DNA of 64,000 nt from Myxococcales bacterium (GTDB lineage Bacteria; Myxococcota_A; Polyangia; Polyangiales; Polyangiaceae), in assembly GCA_009692485.1 (NCBI GenBank), contig SHZB01000001.1, positions 48,960 through 112,959 on the forward strand, in the 5' to 3' direction. Position numbers and translations under genes: made by a program. The notes beneath the pieces were generated by a model. That model was not told where the DNA came from. It saw only the letters and a program-made list of their open reading frames with translations, and did no database searches. Positions 37,300 through 46,376 of this stretch are shown here, one piece after another (positions within the stretch are counted from its first letter, which is position 1; the number at the start of each line of letters is the position of its first letter).

Positions 37300-39087
37300 T
37301 TATTTCGCGATCGACGGATAGCGCGGAGATAGCGGCCAAACGACCTTGCCGCCCTCGACGACCGCCGGCCATGCATCGACGTAGCGCGAGGGATGGCCGG
37401 GCGCGGAGTCGTCGACCCATACGGCGCTTCCGGTGCTGCGCGGGCGCACGTCGATGTGCACGAATTTACTGTTCGGGTAATAGCCGCAACCCGTGTCCGA
37501 CAATGCCCAGCATGCCGCCAAGAGATCTTCGTTCGTGACACCCTCGATCGCGATGTCGAGCGCACGACCGCTCGCGTGCAGGCTCTGATGCCCTCGCGCG
37601 GAGCCTCGGATCGCGGGTCGGTAGCCGCTGTAGAGATAAACGGGGCGCGCATGGAATCTGCGCGAAAGCTGGCTCAATACCCACACGAGCCTCGGCTCCA
37701 AGAGACGCACGCCTGGCACCCACTCGCCGCGCTCCGTATGCGGCGCCGGCTCATCGGGAAGCTTCGACACCGCCGCGGCGTCGACGGGGCGCGCGAGGAT
37801 GCTGAGCTCTGCGAGGGCGTCGTCGGCGAGTGATCCGTCGCAACGCACGAGCAAGATCTCGCGCTGTTCTTGCCCAAGTCTTCGTACGATCGTGGCGCGC
37901 TCACGGCACTGCCACGCTGGGATTGGATAGGCCAGCGGCGCGAGCGCAGTCCACAACGATTCGAACGCGAACGATGGAAACGAGGCCCCCAGCGTGCACC
38001 CACCGACTCTGCAGCCCGTGAGCCTCAGGACCGACTCGGCCCAGCTCGGCTCGAGTCTTCGAAGCCAGGGCGGCACCAACGCATCATCGACGCGGAGCGC
38101 TTCTTCGCGCGCGCTTCGCACGAACCAGTGCCGTTCATCGCCCAGCAGCGGGAACCCTCGCGGCTCGTCGAGCTGCCGCGAAAGCCAGGCATCTTCGCTC
38201 GGCATTTGTGACGAAACGCCCGTATTTTCCGCCCAATCGAGCGTACTCAAGAGGCGGAAGCGCCAGCGACCGTAGTCGCCGTGACGGTAAGTCGCGTAGA
38301 AAGTATCGGGCCTTCCCTCCGGACGCCGAGAAGGCTCGAGCAGCGCGAGGCCGGGTGCTTCGTCGAGCCGCAGTGGCAACGCCCGCTTCTCCGGCGGCGG
38401 CCATGCCCACGCAGAGGAAGTCACCATCGACGGCGCGAGCGCAAACGCGAGCCCGACCATCGCGAGGCGAATGAATCGTGCGAGCTCATCGCGGCGAACG
38501 GCTCCCTCGCGCAGCACCCGCGCCGGCCCTCGGGGAGCCGTCAAATCCACAATCGTCGAGGGCGATGCGGCTCCCGTGACTCCGCCATCCACGACGTAAG
38601 CCAAGCGTCCGTCGAGCCCGAGCAGCACCTCATCGGCTGAGCGCGCTGGCGGCTCGCCCGAGAGGTTGGCGCTGGGCGCGGCGATCGCGAACGGGCAGAG
38701 CGCGAGCAGCCGCATCGCGACCGGATGCGAAGGCGCACGCACCGCCACGCTGCTCCCTCCGGCGGCGACGGATTCGAGGACATGCGCCGCCTTCGGCAAG
38801 ACCAGCGTGAGCGGACCTGGCCAGAACGCCTCCGCGAGACGCGCGGCCTCATCGGGCCAGTGAGCGACGAACCCTCGCGCCTGCGCCACGTCTCGCACGT
38901 GCACGATGAGCGGCTTGGTCTCCGGTCGCCCCTTCGCGCTGAAGATCGCGCGGACCGCGGCATCGTCATCCGCGCGCGCGCCGAGGCCGTAAACCGTCTC
39001 GGTCGGAAACGCTACGAGCTTGCCCTCCGCGAGCGCCGACGCCGCAAGCCCGAGCGACGCGTCACTGTCGTCGAGCCGAACGGTCAA
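37300..39087 (-). CDS. tsaC: continuous ORF: L-threonylcarbamoyladenylate synthase (TsaC/YrdC) domain, then a signal-peptide-like segment and a DUF882/peptidase M15A-like domain
   Basis: The N-terminal 200 aa include GKLVAFPTETVYGLGARADDD..KGRPETKPLIVHV..GPLTLVL. Residues 210-230 are MVGLAFALAPSMVTSSAWA. The C-terminus is VYLYSGYRP..GHQSLHASGRALDIAI..KFVHIDVR. The TTG start overlaps the dnaB stop (TTGA). An internal ATG lies at 38460. Confidence 0.7.
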   Translation of the reverse strand: MTVRLDDSDASLGLAASALAEGKLVAFPTETVYGLGARADDDAAVRAIFSAKGRPETKPLIVHVRDVAQARGFVAHWPDEAARLAEAFWPGPLTLVLPKAAHVLESVAAGGSSVAVRAPSHPVAMRLLALCPFAIAAPSANLSGEPPARSADEVLLGLDGRLAYVVDGGVTGAASPSTIVDLTAPRGPARVLREGAVRRDELARFIRLAMVGLAFALAPSMVTSSAWAWPPPEKRALPLRLDEAPGLALLEPSRRPEGRPDTFYATYRHGDYGRWRFRLLSTLDWAENTGVSSQMPSEDAWLSRQLDEPRGFPLLGDERHWFVRSAREEALRVDDALVPPWLRRLEPSWAESVLRLTGCRVGGCTLGASFPSFAFESLWTALAPLAYPIPAWQCRERATIVRRLGQEQREILLVRCDGSLADDALAELSILARPVDAAAVSKLPDEPAPHTERGEWVPGVRLLEPRLVWVLSQLSRRFHARPVYLYSGYRPAIRGSARGHQSLHASGRALDIAIEGVTNEDLLAACWALSDTGCGYYPNSKFVHIDVRPRSTGSAVWVDDSAPGHPSRYVDAWPAVVEGGKVVWPLSPRYPSIAK

Positions 39088-40574
39088 TTCCGGTCCTCTT
39101 CGTATTCACCCGGCGCAAGGTTTTCGAAGCGCGTGTAGCTGTTGAAGAAGCGCACCTTCACGGTCCCGGTCGGCCCGTTGCGCTGCTTGCCGACGATGAG
39201 CTCGGTGATCGACGAATCGCCCGCATTTTCCGCGTAATAATCATCGCGGTAGATGAACACGATCGCGTCCGCATCTTGTTCGATCGCGCCCGACTCGCGC
39301 AGATCGCTGAGCATCGGCCGCTTGTCGGTGCGGCTCTCGACGCCGCGATTGAGCTGCGACAGCGCGATCACCGGCACGCTCAGCTCCTTGGAGATCTCTT
39401 TGAGCCCGCGCGATATTTCGCTGATCTCTTGCTCGCGGCTCTGCGCGCCGGCCCGTCCGCGCATGAGCTGCAGGTAGTCCACGATGACGAGCCCCAGCCC
39501 TGCTGCGTTCGCGTCCTCGGCTTGGCGCTTGCGACGCTCCGCCTGAAGACGGCGCACCTTCGCCCTGACCTCGAGGATGGTCACGCCGGGTGAGTCGTCG
39601 ATCCAGATTGGCAGGTTCGACAAGAGCGCCGCCGCGCCGGTGAGCTTGCTCCAGTCTTGCGGCGTCGTGAACGCTCCGCGCACCTTGCCCACGTCGACTC
39701 TCGCCTCCGCGCACAACAAGCGCAACGCCACCTGATCTTTGGGCATCTCGAGCGAGAAGATCACCACGCCGTGTCCCGGATGCTCGGTGATGGTCTCGCC
39801 GTAGCCGTCCTCGCCGGGGCCCGGAGCCGCGGTTCGTGTCGACTGCGCGACGTTGGCCGCGACATTCAAGACGAAGCTGGTCTTGCCCATGCCCGGCCGC
39901 GCCGCCACGATGATGAGCTCGCCCTCGTGCAAGCCCGAGGTCTTTCGGTCCAGATCGTAGAAGCCGGTCGGTACGCCCGTGATGCCATCGCCCCGTGACT
40001 TGGCGCGCACGAGCTTGTCGAAGGTGTCGGTGAGCACGTCGCGAACGTGCAACACGGTCGAGGTCTCGGGCGTCCTCGCGATGTCGTAGATCGCCTGTTC
40101 GGCCGCATCGATATAGTCCTGCGCCTCGCCGACGTCGCCGTAGCCCTGCGCAGAATATTGCTGGCACACGGCGATCACGCGACGAAGGCGCCACTTCTCT
40201 TTCACGGTGCGCGCGTGGTGCTCCACGTTGAACACCGCCGGCGTCGCGTCGGTGAGCTGCGCCAAATATGCCACACCGCCGACTCGCTGGAGCAGCTCGC
40301 GATCGCGCAGCCAGCTCGCCACCGCCACCGGCTCGACCTGCGTCTTCCGCGAGACTTCGAGGCAGCCGCGAAAAATGATCCCGTTCGCCTCGCTATAGAA
40401 ATGATCCGGATCGAGCAGCTCCGTGACGCGGTCGAGCGCCTCGCGGTCGAGCATGCACGCGGACAGGACGGTGGCCTCCGCATCGAGATTGTGCGGCGGC
40501 GTGCGGCCTGCCACGACCGGCGGCTCCGGCGGCTTTTCGTCGCTCCAGCGCTTGCGCTTGCTCGGCGTGCTCAC
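39084..40574 (-). CDS. dnaB: replicative DNA helicase
   Basis: PPHNLDAEATVLSACML, ARPGMGKTSFVLNVA (Walker A), IVDYLQLM and SQLNRGVESRTDKRP. Confidence 0.95.
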   Translation of the reverse strand: MSTPSKRKRWSDEKPPEPPVVAGRTPPHNLDAEATVLSACMLDREALDRVTELLDPDHFYSEANGIIFRGCLEVSRKTQVEPVAVASWLRDRELLQRVGGVAYLAQLTDATPAVFNVEHHARTVKEKWRLRRVIAVCQQYSAQGYGDVGEAQDYIDAAEQAIYDIARTPETSTVLHVRDVLTDTFDKLVRAKSRGDGITGVPTGFYDLDRKTSGLHEGELIIVAARPGMGKTSFVLNVAANVAQSTRTAAPGPGEDGYGETITEHPGHGVVIFSLEMPKDQVALRLLCAEARVDVGKVRGAFTTPQDWSKLTGAAALLSNLPIWIDDSPGVTILEVRAKVRRLQAERRKRQAEDANAAGLGLVIVDYLQLMRGRAGAQSREQEISEISRGLKEISKELSVPVIALSQLNRGVESRTDKRPMLSDLRESGAIEQDADAIVFIYRDDYYAENAGDSSITELIVGKQRNGPTGTVKVRFFNSYTRFENLAPGEYEEDRN

Positions 40575-40596
40575 GCTGGATTCTCGACCGAAGTGC

Positions 40597-41052
40597 TCAG
40601 GCGCGCGGGACGACCTCGACCTCTACCGTGGCATCGACGCCGGCAGCGATCTTGATGGGAACCTGATGCGTGCCGAGCTCTTTGATCGCGTCCATGATGA
40701 TCTTGCGACGATCGACCACGTGCCCCAGCAACGCCAGCGCCTGCTCTACGTCGCGCGAGGTGATCGAGCCATAGAGCTTGCTCCCTTCACCGACCTGCGC
40801 CTGGATGCTCACCTTCACGCCGGCTAGCTTCTGCGCGACGGCTTGCGCCTCGGCACGCTGCTTTTGGGTACGCGCCACGGCGACGCGCTTCTCGTGCTCG
40901 ACGCGGCGGACATTTTCTTTCGACGCCATCGACGCGAGCCCGCGCGGGAGCAGGAAGTTGCGGGCGTAACCAGGCTTGACCTTCACCAGCTCACCGCTGG
41001 CGCCCACGTTGGAAAGGTCTTCGCTAAGGATGACTTGCAAGTTGCGAGGCAT
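40597..41052 (-). CDS. rplI: 50S ribosomal protein L9
   Basis: LQVILSEDLSNVGASGELVKVKPGYARNFLLPRGLA. Confidence 0.95.
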   Translation of the reverse strand: MPRNLQVILSEDLSNVGASGELVKVKPGYARNFLLPRGLASMASKENVRRVEHEKRVAVARTQKQRAEAQAVAQKLAGVKVSIQAQVGEGSKLYGSITSRDVEQALALLGHVVDRRKIIMDAIKELGTHQVPIKIAAGVDATVEVEVVPRA

Positions 41053-41062
41053 GGAGTCTCCG

Positions 41063-41332
41063 TCAGTCCGTCATGGTGAAGGGCAAGAGCGCGATGATGC
41101 GCGCCCGCTTGATCGCGATGGCAAGCTCCCGCTGGTGGAGGCTGCAAGCTCCGCTCACGCGCCGCGGAACGATCTTGCCGCGCTCCGTGATGAAGTATGC
41201 GAGCGCCTGCGGATCTTTGTAGTCGATCAGCATGGCCTTGTCCGAGCAGTAGCGGCAGATCCGTTTGCGGCCGCGCCGGCGTAGCCCGTCGCCCTTGTCA
41301 TCGCCACGATCGAAGTCGTCGTTCGTTTCCAC
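41063..41332 (-). CDS. rpsR: 30S ribosomal protein S18
   Basis: [57 protein letters not shown]. The GTG start is 3 nt after the rpsF stop. Confidence 0.95.
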   Translation of the reverse strand: METNDDFDRGDDKGDGLRRRGRKRICRYCSDKAMLIDYKDPQALAYFITERGKIVPRRVSGACSLHQRELAIAIKRARIIALLPFTMTD

Positions 41333-41335
41333 GGC

Positions 41336-41881
41336 TCAGTTCTCCTCCCAGCGGTTGCGTGCGCCGGCGGCCGCGCCTTCTTCGTCATTCAGTCCGTCGA
41401 ATTCTTCGGGATCGGTATCGCGGTCGCGGCGGCGACGCTCGGCGGCCTGGGCGTCGAGGCCAAGCTCTCGCTCGACCGTGAACTCTGGCTCGTCGGGTTC
41501 GAACGCGACCTCGAAGCTGACGCTCGCGAGGTCCGCCCGCTCAGTCACGGTCTCGAGCAGAACGTTGTTGCGGAGCTGGATCGTCTGATAGCGCAGCACG
41601 CTGTCCGACAAGCGCAGCTGCCGCTCGATCTCGGCCACGGTGTCACCCTTGCCGAGGTACTTCATGAACACGTAGACGCCGCGGTGATGCTTCGCGATGG
41701 GATACGCGAGACGCCGCTGCCCCCACAGCTCGACCGTCGTCAAGACGCCCTTCGTGGTGGTGATCGCGTCGTTGAGCTTGCCGGCAACGTCGGTTGCCTT
41801 TTCACGCTCGATGTTGGGCCTGAGAATGTAGATCGTCTCGAACTCTCGGGCGTGGCCCTGCGCCAATGCTACTCGGCTCAT
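41336..41881 (-). CDS. rpsF: 30S ribosomal protein S6 with acidic C-terminal extension
   Basis: EFETIYILRPNIEREK...WGQRRLAYPIAKHHRGVYVF. ATG 41881 is preceded by CCAGGAGGATTC (SD). Confidence 0.92.
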   Translation of the reverse strand: MSRVALAQGHAREFETIYILRPNIEREKATDVAGKLNDAITTTKGVLTTVELWGQRRLAYPIAKHHRGVYVFMKYLGKGDTVAEIERQLRLSDSVLRYQTIQLRNNVLLETVTERADLASVSFEVAFEPDEPEFTVERELGLDAQAAERRRRDRDTDPEEFDGLNDEEGAAAGARNRWEEN

Positions 41882-41986
41882 GAATCCTCCTGGACTAACG
41901 GCCCCGTGGCTTCCGTCATGAGGCGCAGCGGCCTCGTGATTGCCATGGAGCGAGGGATCGAAAAAGTCCGTCAACCCTGTTGCTCT

Positions 41987-42025
41987 GCGCGTTCGCTCAG
42001 CGCGTTCGCTCAGCGCGTTCGCTCA
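41987..42025. repeat. 3 x 13-bp tandem repeat starting on the pth stop codon
   Basis: GCGCGTTCGCTCA x3. The minus-strand TGA is at 42023-42025 (the real stop), 42010-42012 and 41997-41999. Confidence 0.9.
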
Positions 42026-42661
42026 ACCAGTCGGCGGGGCTTCGGGGGGGCGGCTCTTTTTCGGTCGAGTGTTGCTTGTTTTCATTGCGGCTTCGGGGCC
42101 GCGGGCGGCGATGTCTAGCACACTCTTCATCGCAGATTGCAAGCAATGATCGAGCTCGGCGCACTCTCCTGCGCTGAAGTCCGAGAGCACCCAATCGGCG
42201 ACGTCCCCGCGGAAATCTGCGGCGGGCCGTCCGATGCCAATCCGCACGCGGAGGAAGTCTCCGGTGCCGAGGCGCTGCATGATCGACCGCAAACCGTTGT
42301 GCCCCGCGTGCCCGCCGCCAAGCTTGAGCCGCACCTCGCCGAACGGCACATCGAGCTCGTCGTGCACCACGATGATCGAGCCGGGCTCGATCTTGTGAAA
42401 CACCGCGCACGGCTGCACTGCGTCACCCGACAGGTTCATGTACGTCTGCGGCTTGAACAGCCACGCCTCTTCTTTGCCGAGCGACGCGCGTGCAAGCTCA
42501 CCGGAAAATTTGCCGCGAAACGCCTCCGCGCGGGCGCCCCGGGCGAGCTCGTCCACCACCATGAAACCGACGTTGTGCCGGTTGGCCGCGTACTTCTTCC
42601 CGGGGTTGCCGAGGCCGACGACGAGCAGCATGAGCGTGAAGCCGAGGGGCCTTGCCGTCAC
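42023..42661 (-). CDS. pth: peptidyl-tRNA hydrolase
   Basis: LLVVGLGNPGKKYAANRHNVGFMVVDELA and GHNGLRSI. An alternative start lies at 42631. Confidence 0.92.
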   Translation of the reverse strand: MTARPLGFTLMLLVVGLGNPGKKYAANRHNVGFMVVDELARGARAEAFRGKFSGELARASLGKEEAWLFKPQTYMNLSGDAVQPCAVFHKIEPGSIIVVHDELDVPFGEVRLKLGGGHAGHNGLRSIMQRLGTGDFLRVRIGIGRPAADFRGDVADWVLSDFSAGECAELDHCLQSAMKSVLDIAARGPEAAMKTSNTRPKKSRPPEAPPTG

Positions 42662-42702
42662 GCGAGCTCAGCGAGTCAGCGGACCAGATTGGCCCGCGCG
42701 GC

Positions 42703-43449
42703 TCACTTCTTCTTGTCGCCCTTCGCCGGTGCCGCTGCCGCGCCCTTCGCGGGAGCTGCTGCCGCGCCCTTCGCAGGTGCCGCTGCCGCGCCCTTCGCAG
42801 GTGCTGCTGCCGCGCCCTTTCCGGCCACAGCGGGTGGTGCCCCGGCGGCGGGAGCTACGGCCGCGGCCGTCTCCGCGACGGCTGCTTCTTCCGCGGCGCG
42901 CGGTGCCTTCACGGACACGATGCGTTGCTCTGCCGGAAGGAGCACCACGACCCCAGCGGGGAGCATGAGATCCTTGACGCGGAACGAGTCCCCCATTTCA
43001 AGCGGAGTGACGTCGAGCTCGAAACCAGCCGGGATGAGCGGCGGAAGACAGCGCACATGAAGCGTGCGTGAGGCCACGAGCACCACGCCGCCGTCGGCTT
43101 CGCCCTTGGCCTTGCCGATCGCACGGAACGGGACCTCGACCTCGATCGGCGCGTTCACATCGACCGTGATGAAGTCGGCGTGCAGCAGCTTTCGCGTGAT
43201 GGGGTGCACGCTGAAGTCGCGCACCATGACGGGGAGCGAGCCGCTGTCAAGCTGGAGATGCACGAGCGCGTTACGGCCTTTCGGCGAGCCGAGCGCCTTA
43301 CGCAGCTCGTTGTGGCCGACCATCAGCGCGAGATTCTTCTCTCCCTTGCCGTAGGCGATCGCGGGGACCTGACCGGTGATGCGAAGTCGGCGCGAGCCGG
43401 CCGAACCGAGCACCGTGCGGGGAGTGGCTTTGAGCGTGATCTGTTCCAT
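42703..43449 (-). CDS. rplY: 50S ribosomal protein L25 / general stress protein Ctc
   Basis: GQVPAIAYGKGEKNLALMV...HPITRKLLHADF. The C-terminal tail has 21-bp in-frame repeats encoding (KGAAAAPA) x4. Confidence 0.9.
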   Translation of the reverse strand: MEQITLKATPRTVLGSAGSRRLRITGQVPAIAYGKGEKNLALMVGHNELRKALGSPKGRNALVHLQLDSGSLPVMVRDFSVHPITRKLLHADFITVDVNAPIEVEVPFRAIGKAKGEADGGVVLVASRTLHVRCLPPLIPAGFELDVTPLEMGDSFRVKDLMLPAGVVVLLPAEQRIVSVKAPRAAEEAAVAETAAAVAPAAGAPPAVAGKGAAAAPAKGAAAAPAKGAAAAPAKGAAAAPAKGDKKK

Positions 43450-43474
43450 GACGTGTCCTCGGGTGCGGTGCGAC

Positions 43475-44404
43475 TCACACGAATAGCGAGCTGACCGAGT
43501 CGGAGTGATGAATGCGGCGAATAGCTTCGGCCAAGAGCGGGGCGACGCTCACGACTTTGATTTTTTTGCAGGCCTTGCCGGCTTCCGACAACGGCACCGT
43601 GTTGCTGACGATGACCTCTTCGAGCGGTGACTCTTCGATGCGGGCGATCGCCGGTCCGGAGAGCACCGGATGGGTCACGCTCGCCGAGACGCTGGCCGCG
43701 CCTGCTGCGATGAGCGCGCGCGCCGCATTGCACATCGTTCCGGCGGTGTCGAGGATGTCATCGACCACGACGCAGCGCTTGCCGGCCACGTCGCCGATGA
43801 TGTTCATCACCTCGGACTCGTTGGCGCGCTCGCGGCGCTTGTCGATGATCGCGAGGGTCCCGTTGAGGCGCTTGCTGTAGGCGCGCGCGCGCTCCACACC
43901 GCCAGCGTCCGGCGAGACGACCACCGCACCTTTGTAGTGCTCCATCAAGTGGCTCTGCAGCATCGCCGGCATGGCGAAGAGATGATCGAATGGAATGTCG
44001 AAAAACCCCTGGATTTGCCCCGCGTGGAGATCGACCGAGAGCACGCGGTCTACCCCCGATGCCTCGAGCAGGGACGCGACCAGCTTCGCGCTGATCGGTG
44101 TGCGGGGCGCGACCTTTCGGTCCTGGCGCGCGTAGCCGTAATACGGAATGACGGCCGTGATGGAGCTTGCCGAGGCGCGGCGCAACGCGTCCACCATGAT
44201 CAATAGTTCCATCACCCGGTCGTTCACCGGAGCGCAGGTCGGTTGCACGACGAACGCGTCCACGCCGCGCACGTTCTCTTCGATGACCGCGAAGGTCTCG
44301 AAATCCGAGAACTGCGTCACCCTCGAACGGCCAAGTGGACAGTCCAAGTACTTGCAAATCTCAACGGCCAACGCGGGGTTCGCGTTGCCTGTGAAGATGC
44401 TCAT
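43475..44404 (-). CDS. prs: ribose-phosphate pyrophosphokinase
   Basis: [33 protein letters not shown] and [15 protein letters not shown] at 44404. Confidence 0.93.
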   Translation of the reverse strand: MSIFTGNANPALAVEICKYLDCPLGRSRVTQFSDFETFAVIEENVRGVDAFVVQPTCAPVNDRVMELLIMVDALRRASASSITAVIPYYGYARQDRKVAPRTPISAKLVASLLEASGVDRVLSVDLHAGQIQGFFDIPFDHLFAMPAMLQSHLMEHYKGAVVVSPDAGGVERARAYSKRLNGTLAIIDKRRERANESEVMNIIGDVAGKRCVVVDDILDTAGTMCNAARALIAAGAASVSASVTHPVLSGPAIARIEESPLEEVIVSNTVPLSEAGKACKKIKVVSVAPLLAEAIRRIHHSDSVSSLFV

Positions 44405-44497
44405 GCTCTTACCGAACACGACTGCGACTGCGTCCTCTCGGAAATGGGGCGTGTGGACCAGGGCGTGCGGAGCCGCCCCGAGGGGAAAGGGGCCGCG

Positions 44498-44527
44498 CTT
44501 ATAGTTGCAGCCCCCAAGCCACGTCAA
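44498..44527 (-). promoter_or_regulatory. candidate sigma70-type promoter for prs-rplY-pth
   Basis: Minus strand TTGACG (44527-44522), an 18-nt spacer, then TATAAG (44503-44498). About 90 nt upstream of the prs ATG. Sequence-pattern call only. Confidence 0.35.
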
Positions 44528-44649
44528 CGAACTCGTGGCGTGCCCTTTCGTTAGGGCCTCCGCTCACCGTGGCCCTATAGTGCCGGGCCCCGTCACTCTG
44601 GCACGGTCGCGCGAACCACGATGCACGCTGACACGCGATCGATTCGTCC

Positions 44650-45564
44650 ATGAACACGTTGTTCGCCGCGCTCAGCGACGTGGGGATGGTCCGCGAGCGC
44701 AACGAGGACTCGTTCGTCATCTACCCGCGCCACCGCGTCGCGGTCGTGGCGGACGGCATGGGCGGCCATAGCGCTGGCGATCTCGCAAGCGCGCTGGCTG
44801 TCACCGCGTTCGAGGGTTTTTTTCGCCAGTCCGCGAGCGGCGGACGAGCCCGGCCGATGCCCTACGATCACGAGCTCTCGGAGGAGGAGAACTTGATCGT
44901 CACGGGGGTCCGGCTCGCCAATCATCGCGTGTTCGAGCGCGCGCGCGAGATCGCTTCGGACACCGGAATGGGTACCACCATCGTCGTCCTTGTGTTCACG
45001 CCCGACGGTCGCCAGGTCGTGATCGGGCACGTAGGCGATAGCCGCTGTTATCGGCTGCGCGAGGGCCAGCTCACACAGCTGACCGCCGACCATTCGCTTG
45101 CAAACGACATGAGTGAGGTCGCGCCGTGGATGAGCGCGGAGCAAGTTCGCGAGCTGCCTTCGAACTACATCACGCGGGCGCTCGGCGTCGGGCCGGATGT
45201 TCTCGTCGACATCCTGACCCTTGAAACCGAGCCTGAAGATCTCTACCTGCTGTGCTCGGATGGCTTGTCGGGAATGCTCAGCGATGAGGCGATCCAGGTC
45301 ATCCTGGAAGGTCACACGGATCTCGAAGGCTGCTGCGACCAGCTCGTCGCCGGCGCCAATCAGGCTGGCGGTACGGACAACATCACCGTGGCCATCGCCC
45401 GCGTCGAGTCGGCGGCAAGCCGCGAAGAACGCGATCTCCTCGGCGAGGACGAGATCGTTCCCGTCAGCCAGCGCGATGGGCTCGGTGCCGTAGAGGGCGG
45501 GGCCGTCCTTTGCTTGCGCAAAACCGCGAGCGGCAAATCAAGGCTCGGCGACTTCGACGACTGA
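44650..45564 (+). CDS. PP2C-family Ser/Thr protein phosphatase
   Basis: LSDVGMVRERNEDSF, VADGMGGHSAGDLAS, LLCSDGLS and GGTDNITVAIA. Confidence 0.9.
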   Translation: MNTLFAALSDVGMVRERNEDSFVIYPRHRVAVVADGMGGHSAGDLASALAVTAFEGFFRQSASGGRARPMPYDHELSEEENLIVTGVRLANHRVFERAREIASDTGMGTTIVVLVFTPDGRQVVIGHVGDSRCYRLREGQLTQLTADHSLANDMSEVAPWMSAEQVRELPSNYITRALGVGPDVLVDILTLETEPEDLYLLCSDGLSGMLSDEAIQVILEGHTDLEGCCDQLVAGANQAGGTDNITVAIARVESAASREERDLLGEDEIVPVSQRDGLGAVEGGAVLCLRKTASGKSRLGDFDD

Positions 45565-45565
45565 T

Positions 45566-45621
45566 TTCAGAAAACGAAGTTCAGAAAACGAAGTTCAGAA
45601 AACGAAGTTCAGAAAACGAAG
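45566..45621. repeat. 4 x 14-bp tandem repeat (TTCAGAAAACGAAG) between convergent genes, containing the stop and last codons of the minus-strand gene
   Basis: Units at 45566, 45580, 45594 and 45608. The minus-strand TGA is at 45609-11 (the real stop), 45595-97, 45581-83 and 45567-69. The array begins 2 nt after the PP2C TGA. Confidence 0.95.
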
Positions 45622-46376
45622 CGATCGTCGAGGGCAAGCACGTGGAAATTCGAGCGCGCTAGCTTCGCGCATTCGCGCTCGATCTCGGCCTGACACGGTG
45701 GCTTCATGTGATAGAGCATCGTCGGCAAATCCGCTGGCGCGTTGAGCTTGCGGAGGTCCGCGGCGAGCGTCTGCGGCGTGTGATGGCCGCTCGCGCTGGC
45801 GAGGTGTTGCTGCCCGTTCGGAAAGCTCACCTCGATGAGCAGGGCGCGCAGATTTGCCGTTTGGTTCAGGACCTCGAAGAGCCGGTCCGTCGGGCCGGTG
45901 TCACCGCTCACCGCGATCACGCTCTTGCCGTCATCGACGAGGAAGCCGCAGGTATCGACCGTGTGGCTCACCGCGACGGCCGTCACCTGATGGCGCCCAA
46001 TGAGCGTCGGCGCCTCGAGCGCCAGCTCGCGGTAAACGATCGTCGGCTCAGTCGGCGAAGGAATGCGCGTGAAGTCGGGCCACAGCCGGTCATTGAAGAA
46101 GTGTCGGCGCAGGCTGTCGAGCGTCTCGCGCGTGCCGCAAACCGAGAGCGGCGGATGGCCAAGCTGGCAGCGATTGTCCGCAAGCGTCGCGAGATCTCGC
46201 ACGTGATCGAGGTGCGAATGGGTGACGAGCACAAACTCAAGACGCCCCTGCTCGGCGAGCTCGAGGCGGCTCGTGAGCGCGCCAGCATCGAGCGCGAGGC
46301 GTTCGTCGATGAGGAACGAGGTTGTGCGGTGCCGCGGCGACTCACCGCCGTGACAGCCGAGAACCCTAAGCTCCAT
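45609..46376 (-). CDS. MBL-fold class II 3',5'-cyclic-nucleotide phosphodiesterase-like protein
   Basis: MELRVLGCHGGES... and THSHLDHVRDLATL, matching the class II PDE signature H-x-H-L-D-H-[LIVM]. Start ATG 46376, alternative 46412. Confidence 0.65.
   Translation of the reverse strand: MELRVLGCHGGESPRHRTTSFLIDERLALDAGALTSRLELAEQGRLEFVLVTHSHLDHVRDLATLADNRCQLGHPPLSVCGTRETLDSLRRHFFNDRLWPDFTRIPSPTEPTIVYRELALEAPTLIGRHQVTAVAVSHTVDTCGFLVDDGKSVIAVSGDTGPTDRLFEVLNQTANLRALLIEVSFPNGQQHLASASGHHTPQTLAADLRKLNAPADLPTMLYHMKPPCQAEIERECAKLARSNFHVLALDDRFVF

Noticed and set aside
39084-40574. Possible intein in DnaB because of its 496-aa length
   Set aside because: The sequence is colinear with DnaB motifs without an inserted block. 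There are no intein splice-junction motifs.
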